From assembly GCA_963664195.1 (NCBI GenBank), contig OY760907.1:2688001-2752000 (forward strand): 64,000 nucleotides of DNA, read 5' to 3'. This document shows positions 60,505 to 64,000 of this stretch, piece by piece. The notes below the pieces were generated by a model, which saw only the letters and a list, made by a program, of their open reading frames with translations, had not been told where the DNA came from and ran no database searches. This stretch comes from an uncultured candidate division Zixibacteria bacterium (GTDB taxonomy: Bacteria > Zixibacteria > MSB-5A5 > GN15 > FEB-12). The position numbers were made by a program, and so were the translations under genes. Position 1 is the first letter of the stretch. Each line of letters begins with the position of its first letter.

Positions 60505-61515
60505 ATGAAGATCAGTCGTGGTGAAGTTATAGTTCTCCTTCTCTTGGCGATCGGAAGCGTGTTCGCGTATGTCGGCAAAGTGCTCGGTTGGCACAGCGGG
60601 TTCAAATTCCCCGAGTGGCTTTCGATTACTATTGTTGCCCTGACTTTTCTGTCGATGGTCTGGATGCTGGTTCGTACGATCCAGGGCAAACTGGTTGAAC
60701 GGAGAATCGTGTTTCTCTATGTCGGGATAGCGATTGCCCTGCCGCTTATGATGGTTCTGCCGCAGAAGATTATCGTGTCCGATATCGTGCGCAACGTCTA
60801 TCACGAGTTGGAAGAACTCCAACCCGGGTCGAAAGTACTCGTCTCTTTCGATTACGATCCGGCGTCGGCTCCCGAACTGCAGCCTATGGCCGAGGCGTTC
60901 ATTGCCGAGTGCTTCGAGCGCGATCTCAAGGTCATCATGATGGGGCTTTGGCCGCAGGGACCGCAACAGGCGGCGATGGCGGTCGACAGCGTGATGGCGA
61001 GAATGGGATACACCGATCAGGATAAAGCGTATGGCGTGGATTACGCCAACCTCGGTTATCAGGCGGGCGGCGAGTTTGTCATCAAACGCATGGGGGCGAG
61101 TTTTCAGTCCATGTACCCGTCGGACTTTCTTGGAACACCCTATGAGGACATTCCTCTCGTCAAGAACGTGAAGAATTTCTCGAACATAGATTTTTCTTTC
61201 AACCTGTCCGCTGGTTTTCCCGGGACGGTTGAATGGGTCCAGGTAGCCGTTGACCGTTACGGTCTGAGGCTGGGAGCCGGCAACACTGCAGTGCAGGCGC
61301 CAACCATCTACCCGTTTGTCAGATCAAAACAGGTGCTGGGGCTTCTCGGTGGGATGAACGGTGGTGCGGAGTTCGAGACGATTACCGGGCATACGGGCAT
61401 GGCGACCGAATTCATGCTGCCGCAGTCATTTGCGCATCTGATTGTAATTGGGTTTATCATTATCGGCAACGTCGCCTTCTTCCGAGAAGGACGCAAGTCG
61501 AGACTTAAGGGATAG
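60505..61515 (+). CDS. Cassette subunit C: N-terminal TMs, alpha/beta domain, C-terminal TM
   Basis: SD GGAGG and ATG 60505; VLVSFDY.P....EL.P, DY.NLGY..G, GLLGG..GGAE.E; basic C-tail. Confidence 0.8.
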   Translation: MKISRGEVIVLLLLAIGSVFAYVGKVLGWHSGFKFPEWLSITIVALTFLSMVWMLVRTIQGKLVERRIVFLYVGIAIALPLMMVLPQKIIVSDIVRNVYHELEELQPGSKVLVSFDYDPASAPELQPMAEAFIAECFERDLKVIMMGLWPQGPQQAAMAVDSVMARMGYTDQDKAYGVDYANLGYQAGGEFVIKRMGASFQSMYPSDFLGTPYEDIPLVKNVKNFSNIDFSFNLSAGFPGTVEWVQVAVDRYGLRLGAGNTAVQAPTIYPFVRSKQVLGLLGGMNGGAEFETITGHTGMATEFMLPQSFAHLIVIGFIIIGNVAFFREGRKSRLKG

Positions 61516-61527
61516 GACGGAGTAGTA

Positions 61528-62151
61528 ATGGAACATTTTGGACTCTGGCTAGGTGCATTCCTGACTCTGGGGATATACTCTTTCCTATACCGAGACAACG
61601 CCTGGTATAAACTGTGTGAAGCCATTTTTATCGGCATCTCGGCGGGGTACTGGGTGGTGATTCTCTACTGGGACAATTTCTACGGCAAGTTCTGGATAGG
61701 TCGCGAAGCAGAGCCGATGCTCTGGGTTGGTGCGGCACTCGGCGTGCTGATGCTCTGCCGACTGATTCCGAAAGTCGGCTGGATCTCGCGTTGGCCGCTG
61801 GCGTTTATTGTGGGGGCCACGGCCGGGCTGTGGATGATGAACTATTTCTCATCCAATATCATGGCGCAGGTGCAGAGCACAATCATGCCGCTTTTCGGCG
61901 ACAACTACAGTGCCTCGTTCGGCGATATTGTCGGGAATTTCGTGATTGCGGTCGGCACGTTTGCCGGCCTGATATACTTCTTCTTCTCAAAAGAACACAA
62001 AGGCGCTTTCGGAGCTACGGCCCGGTTGGGCATTTGGTTTATTATGATCACCTTTGGTGCGTCGTTCGGTTATACGGTGATGAGCCGTATGTCTCTGCTG
62101 ATCGGCCGTATCGATTTCCTACTGGGTGACTGGCTGGGGTTGATTCAATAG
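61528..62151 (+). CDS. Cassette subunit D: uncharacterised multi-pass membrane protein
   Basis: LTL.IYSFLYRDN..E.IFIG.SAGY; MITFGASFGYTVMSRMSLLIGR..FL. Confidence 0.8.
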   Translation: MEHFGLWLGAFLTLGIYSFLYRDNAWYKLCEAIFIGISAGYWVVILYWDNFYGKFWIGREAEPMLWVGAALGVLMLCRLIPKVGWISRWPLAFIVGATAGLWMMNYFSSNIMAQVQSTIMPLFGDNYSASFGDIVGNFVIAVGTFAGLIYFFFSKEHKGAFGATARLGIWFIMITFGASFGYTVMSRMSLLIGRIDFLLGDWLGLIQ

Positions 62152-63413
62152 TGGCTCAAAGAAAATCAACAGCCCGGGGTCAACTAAGTACGATACTTCC
62201 GCTATTCATGTTCGCGTTCATGGTCTTCCTGTGTTTGACCGTCTCAGGTCTGGCTCAGGATGTGGCCGAATCTGTCGCTGATACTGCGGAAGCGATCATC
62301 GAAGTTGCACCGGTGACTTCGCTCATCGCGGTAGATCACAAATGGGACGACGGCGAGCAGATCAATCTGTCATGGGTGCCGTCGGTCGACGACGTTCCCG
62401 AGATCGGCACGGTCACCGGATATCTGGTCTATCGAATAGACAACGGTGGCGAACCGCATCAGATCGCGGATTTGCCAAAGAGCCAGAACTACTTTGAGGA
62501 CAAGAACGCGGAACTGGACAGTCAATACACGTACTATGTTGTCACGACTTCAAAGAAGGCGTCTTCCGAGTCTAACCGCACCGCACAGATTGCCGCCGAA
62601 CGGGAGTGGATCAATTTTGGTCTGCTTTCCGTTTTCATCTGGGCGCTTGTTATTGGTGGAGCCGTTATAGTCTATATCGAGACCGCCAAACGTGGCAAGG
62701 ATCTTTTTGTCCGTAAGATCGCCGGTCTGGAAGCTGTCGATGACGCTATCGGGCGTGCCACCGAAATGGGTCGGCCGATTCTGTTCATTCCCGGTATTCA
62801 CGACATGGACGATGTCCAGACTCTGGCTGCCCTGACGATTCTCGGTCGTGTGGCAGAACAGGTGGCGAATTACGATACGAAGATAAGCATGCCTGTAGCA
62901 CGGTCGCTGGTGATGACCGCCGGGCGTGAGACGATCAAAGCCGGCTATCAAACGGCGGGTCGCCCGGATGCTTACAACGACGACATGGTCAACTACATCA
63001 CCGACGAACAGTTCGGGTATGTGGCCGCGGTCGACGGCATCATGGTGCGCGAGAAACCAGCCACGGTGTTCCTGCTGGGTGCGTTTTTTGCGGAATCCCT
63101 GATTCTTGCCGAGACCGGAAACTCGGTCGGCGCTATTCAGATTGCTGGTACCGCTCGTCCGGCGCAGTTGCCGTTCTTCATTGCCGCGTGTGACTTTACC
63201 CTGATCGGTGAAGAATTGTTTGCTGCCTCGGCCTATCTTTCGGGCGAACCGAAAGCACTTGGGTCGCTCAAGGGGCAGGATGTCGGCAAAGCGATAGCGA
63301 TGGTTGCGATATTGGCCGGCGTTACTCTGGCGACTGTCGCCCAGATGTCCGGTTCACCGCTCATGCAAAGTTGGCTGGAAGGTCTCAAGTCGCTGTTCAC
63401 GACCGTTCAGTGA
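62151..63413 (+). CDS. Cassette subunit A2, paralogue of 58594-59853
   Basis: Same FN3-TM-domain-TM layout; shared GRATEMGR, GAFFAESLILAETGN, LIGEELFAASAYLS, LGSLKGQD. Confidence 0.8.
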   Translation: MAQRKSTARGQLSTILPLFMFAFMVFLCLTVSGLAQDVAESVADTAEAIIEVAPVTSLIAVDHKWDDGEQINLSWVPSVDDVPEIGTVTGYLVYRIDNGGEPHQIADLPKSQNYFEDKNAELDSQYTYYVVTTSKKASSESNRTAQIAAEREWINFGLLSVFIWALVIGGAVIVYIETAKRGKDLFVRKIAGLEAVDDAIGRATEMGRPILFIPGIHDMDDVQTLAALTILGRVAEQVANYDTKISMPVARSLVMTAGRETIKAGYQTAGRPDAYNDDMVNYITDEQFGYVAAVDGIMVREKPATVFLLGAFFAESLILAETGNSVGAIQIAGTARPAQLPFFIAACDFTLIGEELFAASAYLSGEPKALGSLKGQDVGKAIAMVAILAGVTLATVAQMSGSPLMQSWLEGLKSLFTTVQ

Positions 63414-63428
63414 TGAGATGAGTACATA

Positions 63429-64000
63429 ATGAGAAGAGAAATACCCTTAGCGATAACCGTGATCGTCGGCTTCGTGCTGATTTTCTCGGTGTTTATTCCC
63501 CCCCTGGAATCTCTCGGGGAGAATTTCACGGTCTTCTTTGACATCATAGCCGTATTTGCTTTTTTCCTTGGCGGCGGCAACCTGTTGCGCGTTCACATTA
63601 CGAAGCTGGCAAGGAAGAAAGAAGACTGGCCGTTTTCGATTGTCACGATTTGCGGTTTCGCGCTGATGCTCGCCGCCGGTCTTTTCAAAATCGGTAATCC
63701 GGGTGACATAGCCGCGGACGTTCTCACCGAAGGATCGCTGTTCCAGTCGATTTACGAGGCTGTCTTTATTCCGCTCGGTTCGACTATGTATTCGCTGCTT
63801 GCCTTTTTCGTGGCTTCGGCGTCGTACCGGGCTTTCCGTGCGAAGAACCGTGAGGCGACCATTCTTTTGATTGCGGCCTTCGTGATTCTCCTCGGCAGCA
63901 CACCGTTTGGTGTGTACCTGACTTCCTGGATGCCTGAGTGGATGTCAATCGCGGAGATTCCGAACCTTGCCGTCTGGATTATGAGTTCGCCGAACCTGGC
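63429..64000 (+). CDS. Cassette subunit B2, paralogue of 59856-60503; 3'-truncated by the window edge and absent from the ORF track
   Basis: My translation begins MRREIPLAITVIVG and contains STMYSLLAFFVASASYRAFRAKNREATILL. Confidence 0.8.
   Translation, partial: MRREIPLAITVIVGFVLIFSVFIPPLESLGENFTVFFDIIAVFAFFLGGGNLLRVHITKLARKKEDWPFSIVTICGFALMLAAGLFKIGNPGDIAADVLTEGSLFQSIYEAVFIPLGSTMYSLLAFFVASASYRAFRAKNREATILLIAAFVILLGSTPFGVYLTSWMPEWMSIAEIPNLAVWIMSSPNL

Overview
A 64-kb window of diderm bacterial chromosome, densely coding, with no rRNA, tRNA, CRISPR array or recognisable mobile element. PorV/PorQ-family barrels, secreted proteases with T9SS/FlgD-type C-terminal tails and a TonB-dependent receptor with Ca-binding-like repeats point to an FCB-superphylum lineage outside Bacteroidota, possibly Zixibacteria-like (inference). 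Most of the window is housekeeping or envelope genes: fur-feoAB, ecfT-truA-tal-purB-psd-pssA-purSQ-tatA, an FHA/phosphoesterase/CHASE2-kinase operon, etfA, smpB-amidase-murI-rdgB, ligA and tol-pal. The best candidate for an undescribed system is at 54.2-64 kb. A GlmL/MutL-like actin-fold ATPase operon, with no B12 mutase in the window, is transcribed divergently from a tandemly duplicated four-gene membrane cassette (FN3 + DUF6754-like). Two subunits of that cassette look like distant homologues with inverted topology. Other notable items are a PhaR-phasin fusion with a likely autoregulatory operator and internal start, a PorZ-like/PorV/PorQ trio, and a foreign-looking gene in the usual rph position. 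All family calls come from reading motifs by eye; no searches were run.
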